Positions 51,058 to 64,000 of a stretch of DNA of 64,000 nt are shown here, one piece after another. The stretch is from Octopus vulgaris (lineage: Eukaryota), in contig OX597815.1 of NCBI GenBank assembly GCA_951406725.2, forward strand, positions 160,456,001 through 160,520,000, read 5' to 3'. Positions within the stretch are counted from its first letter, which is position 1; each line of letters opens with the position of its first letter. The position numbers and the translations under genes are program-made. The notes under the pieces are model-generated. The model was not told where the DNA came from. It saw only the letters and a list, made by a program, of their open reading frames with translations, and searched no databases.

Positions 51058-51830
51058 ATCATCACCATCACCATTTATTGTCCATTATTCCATGCTTCCA
51101 TGATTAAGATGGAATTTATTAAGGCAGATTTTCAAGGGTTGGATGCCCTCCCTGTTTTCAAACAAGGTAATGTTCCCTCATAGCCAGACATGTTCTTTTT
51201 TTTTATAGAAGGCTGGAAATGAATAATATCACTATGATAGTGACACTCATTTAAAACAACCACATGATGCCAAGACAAGAGTGTACACAAACACACACAT
51301 ATATGTATACATATATGCCTCACAGATGCTATGTGGGCCTCACGGAAGCAATGTGACCAATGCTGACGTTGTGTAAGTAGCACCCATACCAGTGACATGT
51401 GAAAAGCACCTTCTAAGCATTGGGCCTCATGGAGGCAATGTGGCCAATGCCAGTATTGCATAACCAGTACCTGTGCCGGTGTTTCCCAACTAGCACCTAG
51501 GCTGGTGGCACATAAAAGGCACTTTCAAGCATTGGGTCTCACGGAGGTAATGACAAATGACTGAGACCTTTAACAACATGCCATGCTTGAGTAGAAGACC
51601 CATCAACCCAAGTGGAATCATAGTCATGGCAGATACTAGTGTCATGCAACTGGCATCCATGCCAGTGGTACGTAAAAGCACCCATTGCACTAAAAAGGAC
51701 ATCCAGCTAAAGAAACCATGCCAAATCAGACTGGTGTCTGGTGCAGCCCCTCAGCTTGCTTGCTCTGGTCAGACCGTCCAATCCATGCCAGAATGGACAA
51801 CAGACATTAAATTTTGATGATGATGATGAT
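51058..51830. mobile_element. Two divergently oriented RTE-3'-derived pieces
   Basis: Minus copy 51058-51290; plus copy 51330-51830 with triplicated tggg(c/t)ctca(c/t)gga blocks and (GAT)n tail. Confidence 0.7.
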
Positions 51831-53297
51831 ATATATAGATAGATAGACAGACAGACAGACAGGCACTTGAGCTTCTTTCAGTTTCTTTCTACCAAATCTA
51901 CTCCCAAGGCTTTGCCCAGCCTGAGACTATAGCAGAAGATACTTGCCAAAGCTGGGAAGCAAGCTTCTTAACACCATTAGTCATGCTTGTGCCTATTGGT
52001 TGCATTAAGTTGAAAATTATAACTGAGAGACCATGATGACTGAATGAAATGAAAGTACTTAGCATTTATTTTCAATTGTTGCATATCTGTTTGTAGCTAA
52101 AAAAAAAAAAAGACAGATAAGCCATAAGAAAAGATTACCAAAATATTTGCCTTTGCATGAGAATGAATGGGAAATGATTTTAACCAAGATTTCAATAAGT
52201 GAAAACATGGTATTATGAATGTTATGAAGTAAAACATCTTTTATGTTTTTCTCTCTTTTTTTTATTAATGTTTTCTTTGTGAGTATCTAGGGAGAGTCAA
52301 CATAATTAACACATCCACTGGTTCAGTTCCACTTCTTTATTATTAATCAATTGGTTAAATATCCAACTAACGAATCGATTGTTTAATTTGTTTTGATTTT
52401 GTCTGTCAAAGCTCTTTCATTGCTACTTGCAACCTTTTCAATGACTTTTGATTTAGTCCGTTACAGAGATTGCATTTGTAAGTTTTTGCTTTTAATGAGA
52501 CTTTTCTGTCAAAACATATTTACAGAACAAATGAAAGGGTATCTACTTGGGCAATAGACTTGTGTAAAATAGCAGCCAAATCTCAATAAAATCACACCAT
52601 ACTTAACAAAAAATAGCTAGTTACTTTAGATAATATATTCCTAGAAAAAGGGCAGTTCAAATTGGATCCTATGTCAAAAGAGGGCCTCATGTCCATGGTT
52701 GAGTACAGGATGCTATGCAGAATTTTTGGTATATCATTGTGGCTAATGGTAGAGCTTCAAATCCTCAAAGCTTCTTGGCTGCAATTGGTGTAGTACACAA
52801 GGCATAAAACATTGATCTTCAGCTTTTGCAGAATAGAGAGCCCCACAGACAATTTGCTAAGTGGGTCCAGCACTTCCTAGTGCTGGTCCTGCCTGGACAT
52901 ATTACAACTGTAAAAAATAAAGGTTGCTTATGATTTCAATGAGCAGAATCAAAGTTCTGTTCAATCCATTTACACCAAGGGTTAAACAACAGCAACAATA
53001 GATACATTTTATAAAATTACACTGTAAACCCTTCTCATGAAATGTCTTCTGACTTAATCTTAGATTTTAGTTTATAATAAAAAAAAGTTTGCTGATTTAT
53101 TGCTTTCATTGGCAGTCATATTACATCGTATATTGTACTCCTCTTCATATTTATTTTACCATTCTTTAAATTTTACAGCAGAAATCAATATAAAAAAATA
53201 TTGATCAAATTCCAGTTTTCTTTCGTATACTCTCTTCCCTCCTGAGAATTGAAGATTAAGAATAGCATTTTATTTTATATATACTTTGGGTTTTCTT

Positions 53298-53312
53298 CAA
53301 TAATAATAATAA

Positions 53313-53394
<82 letters not shown>

Positions 53395-53668
53395 AATAAA
53401 AATAAAAATAATAAAAATAATAATAATAAAAAAAAAATAATAATAATAATAATGATAACAATAATAATAATAATGATGATGATGATGATAATAATAATAA
53501 TAATAATAATAATAGCAATAATAATAATAATAATAATAATGATAACAACAATAACAACAATAATAATAATGGCGACAATAGTAATAATAATAATAATAAT
53601 AATGATAATAATAATAATAACAATAATAATAATAATAATAATAATAAAAATAATAACATAGCAATAAT
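53298..53668. repeat. ~370-bp (AAT)n microsatellite
   Basis: Seen directly. Confidence 0.97.
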
Positions 53669-54593
53669 GTTGAAAGTCATTGCTTCATATGAACAATTAC
53701 TCAATCATTTGAAATTGGTATATTTCTAATCTGACTTCATGGAATATAGATCCCTTTCATTTTAAGATTTCATTTCCTTCTTCTCAGTTCACATTGCTTC
53801 TTTTACTAACAACTATTTTCAGTTTTATTTTTGGTTATTTATTTACATAGTATCGAAATTTCTTCAACAAGTGCAAACAGCATGGATCAGAATTTAATTT
53901 CTACCTCTCCATCTACTTCATCATTCTCTTCATAACTGTCAACATCAACATCATCACTGTTATCATCATCATCACCATCATCATCATCATCCTAGTATTA
54001 TTTATTATTTGAAGTGGAAGAATTGTTACAGTATCAATAAAAACTGTCATACAGTATTTGTTCCAGCTCATTATGTTTTATGTTCAAAGCTCAGTAAAGT
54101 CAGCTTTGCCTGTTACTAATAAATATTAACTATCAGTCAAGTGCTAGTTGTACTTTATATGACAAACTCCCTCCCCTCAAAAGTGTTGGCCTTGTTCCTA
54201 ATTCAAATTCTGTCAAGGTCAAATTTTCCGGGGTTTTTTTTGGTGGGGTCAATAAAGTAAGTACTAGTCAAGCACTGAAATTGATGTAACTGACTGGAAC
54301 CCTCCCCCCAAATTTCAGGTCATGTGCCTATAAGAGAAAGGATTAGTGTTGTTATTTTTACTACTTATTATTAGGTGTTGAGCTGGCAGAATCATTAGCA
54401 CACTGGGTCAAAATGCTTAGCAGAATTTCACTATGCTCTCAGTTCAAATTCCACTGAGGTCAACTTTGCCTTTCATCCTTTCGGGATCAATAAATTAAGT
54501 ACCAGCAAAACACTGGAGTCAATGTAAATGAATAGTTCCCTCCCCCAAAATTCCAGGCCTTGTGCCTTTAGTAGAAAGAATCATTATTATTCA

Positions 54594-54956
54594 TTACCTC
54601 TGCCTTAGCGAAGGCAGAGGTATTGTTTACAGTTGCACTTGTTTGTTTGTTTGTTTGTCTGTGGACAAGATATCTGAAGAACTGCCAGATAGGTTTGGAT
54701 GAAACTTTCAGAGATGTTTGGCCTCATGATTGGTATAAACTGATTAGATTTTTGGATCGATCTGCTACCAGACAAGGATTCTGAATCATTTTTGCGTTTT
54801 TATTTTTTTTGTTACTTAATTTTTGAAAGCGGGTGGGTTCATGTTTAGTATACTCGTTTGTGAGAGCAATCGAGTATTAAAATCATTTTAAAAATCTTCT
54901 CTGGTTAATCGTTGAGAGGACATAGGTGTTACCTTGGTGAAGGTTTGTGCTCTCTT
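54594..54956 (+). mobile_element. Helentron-associated non-autonomous element (HINE/DINE-like)
   Basis: 5' hairpin tacctctgcctt-agcg-aaggcagaggta, (GTTT)n/GTCT tract, 3' sub-terminal ccttggtgaaggtttgtgctctc, T-rich flanks. Confidence 0.75.
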
Positions 54957-55342
54957 GTTATTATTTAAGGTGGTGAGCTGGCAGACCTGCTAGCACACCA
55001 GGCAAAATGCTTAGTGTCATTTCATGTCTTTACATTCTGAGGTTAAATTCCCCATGAGGTTGACTTTGCCCTTCATCCTTTTGGGGGTCAATAAAATAAG
55101 TACCAGTTGTTTACTGGGGTCAATGTAATCAACTTACCCACTCCTCTTAAATTTGTGCCAAAATTTGAAATTATTATTTATTATTTAAGATGGTGAACAG
55201 CATTTTGTCTGTTGTTAAATTTTGAGTTCAAATTCCACCAGGGTCATCTTTACCTCTCATCTTTTCAGAGTCAATAAATTAAGTACCAGTCAAGCAACGA
55301 ATTCCAACCAAGCCTTGTGCCCATATTAGAAAGGATTATCAC

Positions 55343-55390
55343 TCTTCTTCTTCTTCTTCTTCTTCTTCTTCTTCTTCTTCTTCTTCTTCT
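55343..55390. repeat. (CTT)n microsatellite
   Basis: Seen directly. Confidence 0.97.
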
Positions 55391-55804
55391 TCTTCTTCTT
55401 CTTCTTCTTCCAGGATGTGTGGGGTTCCCTGCTGTCCCTAGGATGAACTCCCCCTTTTGGGGAATTTTATAGTTTAATTTTATTGCCAAGTGTCTTTTAC
55501 ATGACATTCTACTGTTGTATTGTTCCTATGTAGTTTTTTTTTGTGTTCGACCCTTGTGGCCAATAAAGGAAACATTATTATTATTATCTTTATTATTATC
55601 ATTAGCATGCTGGAGGAAATGCTTATGGTATTTCACCCGTCGCTGCATTCTGAATTCAAATTCCGTCAAGGTTGACTTTACCTTTCATCCTTTCAGTAGA
55701 ATAAGTACCAGTTGAGTACTGGGGTTGATCTAATTGATTAGCTCCTCCCCAAAATTTCAGGCCTTGTGCCTATGGTAGAAAGAATTATTATTATTAATAT
55801 TATT

Positions 55805-56305
55805 TATTGTCTTGTATAGCTTCTAACGCTGGAGATGTAATATGATACCAGCTGTTCACAACCAGTGAACTAAGGTAACACCCCTTATTTTTTTAGCACC
55901 ATCTGGAGCATTTGAGCAGTTTCAAGCAATGGTGTTTTCTGCAAGTGCTGCACCCTTATTGCAGTCCATATTTATTCCATGTACTTCTCAAGATTTTTAC
56001 TCACTGCTCCCAGGGCTCAGACCGTTATTGGTACTACTACCACCTTTTTCATCGACTACAACTGCTTAACCTCCCAAGCAAACATGCTATATCTATTGAC
56101 TTTTCTTTCTTCCTTATTGCATAGCTTGTTGTCAGATGGGTGTGCTACATTGCATTATCATTTTCGATGATGCCTTCTGGGTTTATATTCATACCACTTT
56201 TTGCTCTGTCAAGTCCATACTCGTTGCAAAGTGTCCAATGGACAATTCTTGCTATATTGTCATGACGTCTCATATTCTTTCTGGGTTAGTGGCATACATT
56301 GACTG
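55805..56305 (-). mobile_element. Decayed R4/Dong-type 3' fragment in (TAA)n
   Basis: Minus strand: RHDNIARIVHWTLC...PEGIIENDN...VVVVPITV*ALGAV...LQKTPLLETA; (TTA)n on both flanks. Confidence 0.8.
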
Positions 56306-56386
<81 letters not shown>

Positions 56387-57074
56387 TCTTAATTGTATAC
56401 TATGGCAATTTTTTTCCTTCAAACCAACAGGTGATCCTTATATAGTATTTTTCTAAGAATTTAAGCTGTTCCATTCCTTTTGAAGCATTTAAATGTCTGT
56501 CTTCATGCTCAGCCACTCCAAGTACTATGCTGTTGGTTTGTTTTCTTGCAGGGTGATGGTAAATTTCTGATGGTATCTAGTAAGACTGCAACCTTTGCTG
56601 CTGGGCATCCACAAGATCTTGATATTTCTAGTTTTATTTCCACATATTGGGAAATCTTTTCTACAATGTTTTTGTCTGAAAAAATTATAACACTTTTATG
56701 AGGCATTCTGATTTTCATCTATGTCATATGAGGATATCTGGTCTAAGGCTGTGAGTTGGCAGAATCATTAGCATGCCAGGCTAACAACTGTGTTCTGAGT
56801 TCAAATTCTGCTGAGGTCAACTTTGCCTTTCATCCTTTTGGAGTCAATAAGGTAAGTACCAGTTGAGTCACATTGTATCATCATACTGAAGGAATGTAGC
56901 CCTAAATTTTGAATAATCTAGCCCTAAATTTTTGTGCCTGTAATACCTTTGAATATAGACCTACCTAATCAAGCTTATCTGGAACTCTTCAAGAATGACA
57001 ACAACAAAGTAAATAGAGGGATTTTAACGATTACATGGGTCACCACTTTTATCAGTATTGTTGCCTTTCTGTTG

Positions 57075-57655
57075 TTTTTTATCTTTCACTTATTTCAGCC
57101 ATTGAACTGTGGCCATGCTGGGGCACTACCCTGAAGGGCTTTAGTTGAATATATTGACCTCAATGCTTATTATTTTAAAGTCTGGTTCTTATTCTCTAAT
57201 GCCAAACTGCTAAGTTATTGAGACATGACTAATCCAACACCAGTTATCAAGTGATAGTCACACACACACACACACACACATGATGTGTTCCTTTTAATTT
57301 CCCTCCTAACCCTTTCATTACCAACCCAGCTGAAACCGGCTCTGGCTCTCAGTACAAATGTCTTGTTTTCATAAGTTTTTAATTAAAATCTTCCACCAAA
57401 CCTTAGTCACAATTTATGTTCCTAATACTAGCTGAATGATAACTAAGTTATTTTACTAAATCCTTTGTTATATTTAAAGTAACTGAAAGAAACACAGAAC
57501 ATCTCAAAATAAATTCAGTAATGAAAGGGTTAAATACCCACTCACAAAGTTTTAGCCAGCTCAAAATATTGTAGAAGATACTTGCCCAAGGTGCCATGCA
57601 ATAAGACTGAACCTGGAACCATGTGGTTGGGAAGCAAACTTCTCACTACACAATG
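57075..57655 (-). mobile_element. SINE family A interrupted by a MITE
   Basis: Tail at 57075-57305 and head at 57534-57655. Confidence 0.8.
57310..57529. mobile_element. piggyBac-like MITE, 220 bp
   Basis: 12-bp perfect TIR ccctttcattac/gtaatgaaaggg; flanks CTAA and TTAA. Confidence 0.85.
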
Positions 57656-59416
57656 CTTTTTATAATATTTTCTATGAGAATTCAAAGTGACTGACTGAAT
57701 ACATTCTGAACTGCAGCATTGTTTGAAAGCTGAGACCATTTTTGAATTAGCTGTTATTGGCTACTTCAAAAATATGAAGCTAGATGAAATCTCTTTATTT
57801 GTCAATGTTGTCCTAGAGACATTTTGCGATTGATAATCATTGTGTACAACTTTATTCACTGTCTGATAGTGAGTAAAGTATGTGTATCTTGACCAAATAT
57901 TAAATACACAGTAGCTTATAAGAAAAATGCTGTTGACTGCTTATGCTAACAACTGCTAAACAGAAAAAGAAAATCATATAATACATGGGCAATATTTTCA
58001 AGTTGTGTAAACAGAACCTGCCACTTCCAAAATGGTTTCATCCATCATGAAAGAACTGCAGATTTGGATCACACAATATATGACTAAAACAGAAGAAAAC
58101 TTTCATTGTAGCCCTCGTTCATTCACCCTTGGTAAATTAGCAACAACTATCTGATCTCTTTAAATTTGTAGTGATCTTGTTACTTTTAGCTTTTAATGTT
58201 ACAAGTTCTTCAAAGTTTTCCTGTATTTGTTAGGAGTAAAATTAAATATTTCATTTACGTGTATGTATATATATTTTTATGTGTTCATTCATGTGTATGA
58301 ATGTATGTGTGCATATATGCTTGTGTGTGTGTGTGTGATATGAAAATTGCTTTGTTGTAATATTTTCTTTTATCTATATTTTCATTTGATAAGATTATAA
58401 CAAAAGTAATTACTTTTTGACTAAATTACTCTCGCTGTAATTTAACTACAAATATATTAAATGCTAGCACTAAATCACAGACATACTGTTATCAGAAACT
58501 TGTTATTTTCATTAAATATTACAAGTCAGTAAGATTAATTTCTGTCTTAAAATATTGAAGAGAAGATTTAGAGGGGATAAATATTACAGATTTACTGGTA
58601 AGGAAAAAATGTCTGATGATGATTCTGTTCTTTTCTCTCTAGATGTTTTGTATAGGGTAAGAAAATGTTTTCTTGACATTTAAGCTAATTGGACACAGAT
58701 TGTTTTTCCCTTACAATGAATTTATCCAAAAGATGGGTTCATGAAAGGTGAACTACTTAGACTGTATGGCAGACAACAAATGCGATGAATAGAAGTAAAG
58801 CCATACAAATTATAAGGTACAAAAGCATTGAATTAAATAATACAACATATCCAGAATATATTTCTACATACTTTTACTGTTAGTGAATTGAATTTTCTTT
58901 ATAGCAATCACGTGTTAGTGATAGAGAGTATTATAATAAAATTCTTTATTTGGAATCACACCACATATTCTTAAAACATTTTGTTCGTCAATATTTAAAC
59001 AATGAAGTCAAAGGGGATTGACTCATGATGTACCACGCACCCTATTCCAATGAACAAAAGCACTTTATTGTTCGTCTGAAAGTTTACAAACTTTAATTGA
59101 AATGTCTTCGTTTTCATTTAATGTTGATTCTTTACTTCCAAGTAAAATACCTATATTTATATACAATTCTGAAAAGACAAATAGAAAATCTAATGACAGT
59201 TTTTAGTTTCTGCTGAGATTATAAGTTCTTTCATTCTGATTTATAATTTTCTACACTGCCCAGTAACTTTCTCACGAAAAGCACTGAATTACATAGATTG
59301 TTTTTCAAAAACTTGTTGTTTTGATCAAATCTTTTAATAAATAATATAGAAGTCACTGAGTATCAAAATGTGTTACTGTTGTTGCTATTGTTGTTGTTGT
59401 TGCTGTTGCTGTTGTT

Positions 59417-59465
<49 letters not shown>

Positions 59466-60409
59466 AAAAGGTATTGCAAAAGCAATTTTTTTTAATTGTT
59501 TTGGACACAGCAGGAGATGTTATGAGAGTAATACTGTCATGGAAATAAATCTATGCACCAAGGAATAATGAGGAATTATAAGAAAAACACATCATTTGTT
59601 TGTAAGGTATGTTACTGAAAATATTAATTCTATTAAATTGTTTTGTTGAATTTTTGACTTTGTTTTTAGATCATTCAAAACAGAAATAACACTGACTAAA
59701 GGATTATATATTCCTATATATTTATGTATTTATTTTATATTAGAGTTTGTGAACAATAGCCTTGTTAGTTATAGGGTTCCAAGAGGCCAATTACTGATAC
59801 ATTGTATTTCTGAAAATGTGAGTGACAAAAGTGAGTGCTGGTAACTCAGTGTAAAGGACTTTGTTTCAAAGAGCCATATTTGTATTTTTTGTTTTTTTTA
59901 AAAATTTTGCCAGTGTTTACATCCTTCATCGATATACATTAGCACAAGATATAAACATTTGTTGCAATACATTGCTATTGAAATAATGTTCATTAGAGAA
60001 TATGTTGAGATTTAATTTCAGTATTAGAGTAAAATATAACAAAGTGTCTTAAAGTCAATTATTATGGCAGAAATGGATATGAAATAATTAAATGTTATAT
60101 CTTGTCTCATTAGATATAGGTTTAGCAACATAAAAGAAAAATGTTGCCACTGATATCTCCTCGTCATTTATCAAGTGCAGTAAATATATTTACAAAGTGC
60201 AATGAGTTCACAAACACAAATGCATATACATACACATACACACAAACAAATGCAAATGCACATACATGCTTATGCAAAGTTTAGAATGAAATCTGAAACA
60301 AAAGAATTTCTCTTGATAAATAAAATTTCGATCGCTAACAGGTTATGCCAAACAGCTGACTGTAATCTGCTTTACCTCTTTCTGTCTCTTCTACTATAAA
60401 CGACTATTA

Positions 60410-60765
<356 letters not shown>

Positions 60766-61289
60766 TGTTACAATTGTCTCTGTTTCCTTGCAAGTATTGA
60801 GTTCTACATTTGCACACACTAATTTGAAGGTGCAAGAACAGTTACCATTGTAAACTGAAATTATGTTTTAGAAGATTATTAGGTCAGCTTTTCTGAAAAC
60901 TCATATTTCAAAGAGGTAAAATATATTACCTTTTCTATGTGTAGACCTCTTGGCTTTTTTTTTTTTTCAAGTCTTCATACTGTTATAACAACCTATGTTT
61001 ACATTGAAAAGTTTACTTAGTAATTTGTCCAATGTGAAATGCAGTAGATTAGGAGTAACATTCTCAAGTCAGTTAATATGCTTATTTCATGGTTGTTGCA
61101 TGGGTGAATATTTAGCACAGTTCAGTAATTTTATTAACTAGGATTTTCTTATCAGCAGTTTCAGTTCCACTATACTGGACAGGATGAATCTAAATGGCTT
61201 TTTATCTGACCAGTCAATGGTGATGTGCTGTTGTTCCATTGTATCAGTCTTGTTGCTTGTCTGATTGTGGTGTTGATATTTTCTAGGTT

Positions 61290-61510
61290 TATGGTGGTGA
61301 GCTGGCAGAATTGTAAGCATGCTGTACAAAATGCTTAGCAGTATTTTGTTCATCTTTACGTTCTGAATTCAAATTTCACCGAGGCTGACTTTGCCTTTCA
61401 TCCTTTTGGGGTCAATAAAATAAATACCAGTTAAGCACTGGGGTCCATGTAAATGACTTACCTCCTCTCCTGGATTTGTTGGCTTTGTGCCAAAATTTGA
61501 AAGCAATATT
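61290..61510 (+). mobile_element. SINE family B
   Basis: Full-length short-tail copy. Confidence 0.85.
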
Positions 61511-61669
61511 TTCTGGAATTGTTTTACTTACTGTGCCTTACTGTACCTAGTGTACTCTTCACAGGATTGACACGTTAAAATTTGAATCTTTGAATGTTGT
61601 GAAGAATTCTGTGCCATATTCTATTTTTAAGCATGTAATTGTTGTGATTCTCTGCTAGCCATACTGTAT

Positions 61670-62076
61670 ATACTCTTTTACTTGTTTCAGTCATTTGACT
61701 GTGGCCATGCTGGAGCACCACCTTTAGTCGAGCAAAATGACCCTAGGACTTATTCTTTGTAAGCCTATTACTTATTCTATCAGTCTCTTTTGCTGAACTA
61801 CAAAGTTACGGGGATGTAAACACACCAGCATCGGTTATCAAGTGATGTTGGGGGGACAAACAGACACACAAGCTCACATACACACACATATATATTTATA
61901 TATACATATATACGATGGGCTTCTTTCAGTTTCCGTCTTCCAAATCCACTCACAAGGCTTTGGTTGGCCCAAGGCTATAGTAGAAGACACTTGCCCAAGG
62001 TGCCAAGCAGTGGGACTGAATCCGGAACCATGTGGTTGGTGAGCAAGCTAGTTACCACACAGCCACTCCTACGCCT
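61670..62076 (-). mobile_element. SINE family A
   Basis: Full-length reverse copy. Confidence 0.92.
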
Positions 62077-62249
62077 AGGAGTGGCTGTGTGGTATTTGTT
62101 TTTGGTTTAATATTTTTGTATCGTCTGTTGGATACAGAAATAATTTTCTTTTGTTTTTTTACTTTGTATATGAAATTGATGGTATTTTACCTGATATTCT
62201 TACTGAAGTGATATCTAGGTATAACTTGTTTGAAGCCTATATTTTTTTA

Positions 62250-62570
62250 CTGGTACTCTGTCAGTTACAACGATGAGGGTTCCAGTTGATCCAATCAATG
62301 GAACAGCCTACTTGTGATATTAACATGCAAGTAGCTAAGCACTCCTGACACATCTACTTTTTACATAGTTCTCAGGGTGATTCAGCATGACACAGAGTGT
62401 GACAAAGTTGGCTCTTTGAAATACAGGTACTACTCATTTTTGCCAGCTGAACAGACTGGAGCAACATGAAATAAAGTGTCTTGTTCAAGGACACAACACA
62501 TCACAGGGAATTGAACTCATGACCTTACATTGGTGAGCCAAATACTCTAACCACTAAGCCATGTGCCTTT
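62250..62570 (-). mobile_element. Family-D-related SINE with a different 3' body
   Basis: Reverse head tggcttagtggttag, ttgaacaagacactttatttca and cagctggcaaaaatgagta. Confidence 0.75.
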
Positions 62571-63565
62571 TTATTCGAAACCTCCACTATCATGTTTAAT
62601 GACATCAAATGAATTTATAAACTTAAAGAGAACATGAAATAATTCTTTCTCAGAATGTTGCATCTCAAAGCTCATAAAGCAATAAATATTGCATGTAAAT
62701 ATTGGGTTAAAGAATATTTTTGGATAGAAAATATCAAAGGGTTTTTTTAACTCAGTATTTACATGCTATATTTATAGTTTTATGTGCTTCAAGAACCATT
62801 GTTCTCCAAAAGAATTACATCATATTTCTATTTTCCCCTTATGACTTTGGTGTCTATGGTGTCTGCTTTAACTTTTGATTGGTCCTTGGGCAGTAGTGGG
62901 AAATTATAGATTCTGAAATCCAGTATTCATTGCAGTGACATGTATCCTCATTGCATTTTACATGATGGTTTGTTTACCATATTTGATTACATGTTTTTTT
63001 TTATCAAACTTTTCATTTACATATTTTGATAATATAGTTCTTTGTTCAATATCATACTGGGATCTATCCTATATTCAGTTTGCATCTCAATTCTTAAGCA
63101 GCATTCAGCTCCAAAATTATACATTAAGATGTTGCAGTTTTTAAACATAAGAGTAAAAGTACTAAGTATATGGTGTAGAATAAATTATCTATTTAAACTG
63201 AATAATTTGTCTTGTGACTTGTATTTTGTGTCAGTACAATTATTTTGGTAAATGCTTTTGGATATTCCTAGTTGTTTTAATAAACAATAAAGCATTCAAA
63301 GAATTTCATTACTCTGTGCATGTATTTCATTAGAATTTCATTACTCTGTGTACTTTATTGGCCAGAGTCTAAATATTTAGATATTATAGGCTATTTAATA
63401 CTAACAATACAATGGTTATTTACAGCTGCACAAGAAGCAATAAAATCTGACTTGGAACTTATAAATTTTTATTTCCCATTCAATTTGGATCAAGTAAACC
63501 AAGGATCAACATTATTCCAGCTGTAACCATTCATTTGTTTAGGGGTGTATATTACCACAAATGTG

Positions 63566-63790
63566 GAAGTGTGTTGCTTGGTGCTTAGGGTGTTGGACTC
63601 ATGATCGTAAGATTCTTGTTTTGATTCCTGGAATGGGTGATGTGTTGTGTTCTTGAGTAAAACACATAATTTCATATTGCTCCAGTCCACTTAACCGGTA
63701 AAAATGCGTAATACTGAGATGGACTGGTGTCCCATCCAGGGAGGAATATATATGCCAGAGAAACCAAGAAACCAGCTCTATGCCTCTTAT
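63566..63790 (+). mobile_element. SINE family D
   Basis: Collinear with 40058-40310. Confidence 0.8.
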
Positions 63791-64000
63791 GGAGTAATAC
63801 AGACTAGCCCGTACTACCACATTATCCAATGGGTTCTGCCATTTTTAAGATAGTCAGGTGTAATTTGAAGAAGACTGAGTAGCTATTTCTGCAGGGTGAT
63901 CAATCATAATCAATCCCTGCTGTATTCTTTTTATGAATGGTCAGAATCAAAATCACATGTTCATAAGAGAGGTGATTAAATCAAATTGAAAGAAACAAAA

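Larger units (their letters stand above)
54010..55790 (+). mobile_element. Same-orientation array of about six SINE B copies separated by (ATT) tracts
   Basis: gttcaaattc...ctttcatcc...aataaa-taagtacc recurs near 54080, 54200, 54440, 55040, 55225 and 55650. Confidence 0.8.

Noticed and set aside
53249-53704. Poly-Ile, poly-Tyr and poly-Leu ORFs (also near 26918, 36463, 37301, 60490)
   Set aside because: Trinucleotide microsatellites.

Overview
AT-rich eukaryotic DNA packed with repeats, with no recognisable host protein-coding exon. The SINE families and microsatellite density resemble a coleoid cephalopod (Octopus-like) genome; this is an inference. Family labels A-D are my own. Contents: four tRNA-headed SINE families; RTE, CR1 and R4/Dong LINE fragments, including one 5'-truncated Dong-type copy with an uninterrupted ~500-codon RT-thumb/CCHC/restriction-like-endonuclease frame inside (TAA)n; decayed mariner (DD34D) and maT (DD37D) transposons; a Gypsy gag-pro remnant; piggyBac-like MITEs; a Helentron-type HINE; and a Penelope-like GIY-YIG fragment. 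The most interesting signal is a set of minimal type-I hammerhead-ribozyme (HHR) motifs in four unrelated inserts. One insert (49859-50400) is a head-to-head inverted pair of a short element built as tRNA-like Pol III head + microsatellite + hammerhead, a candidate Penelope-mobilised ribozyme-carrying SINE. Boundaries were read by eye and are approximate unless a TSD or TIR is quoted. Nearly all ORFs in the supplied track are microsatellite or SINE artefacts.
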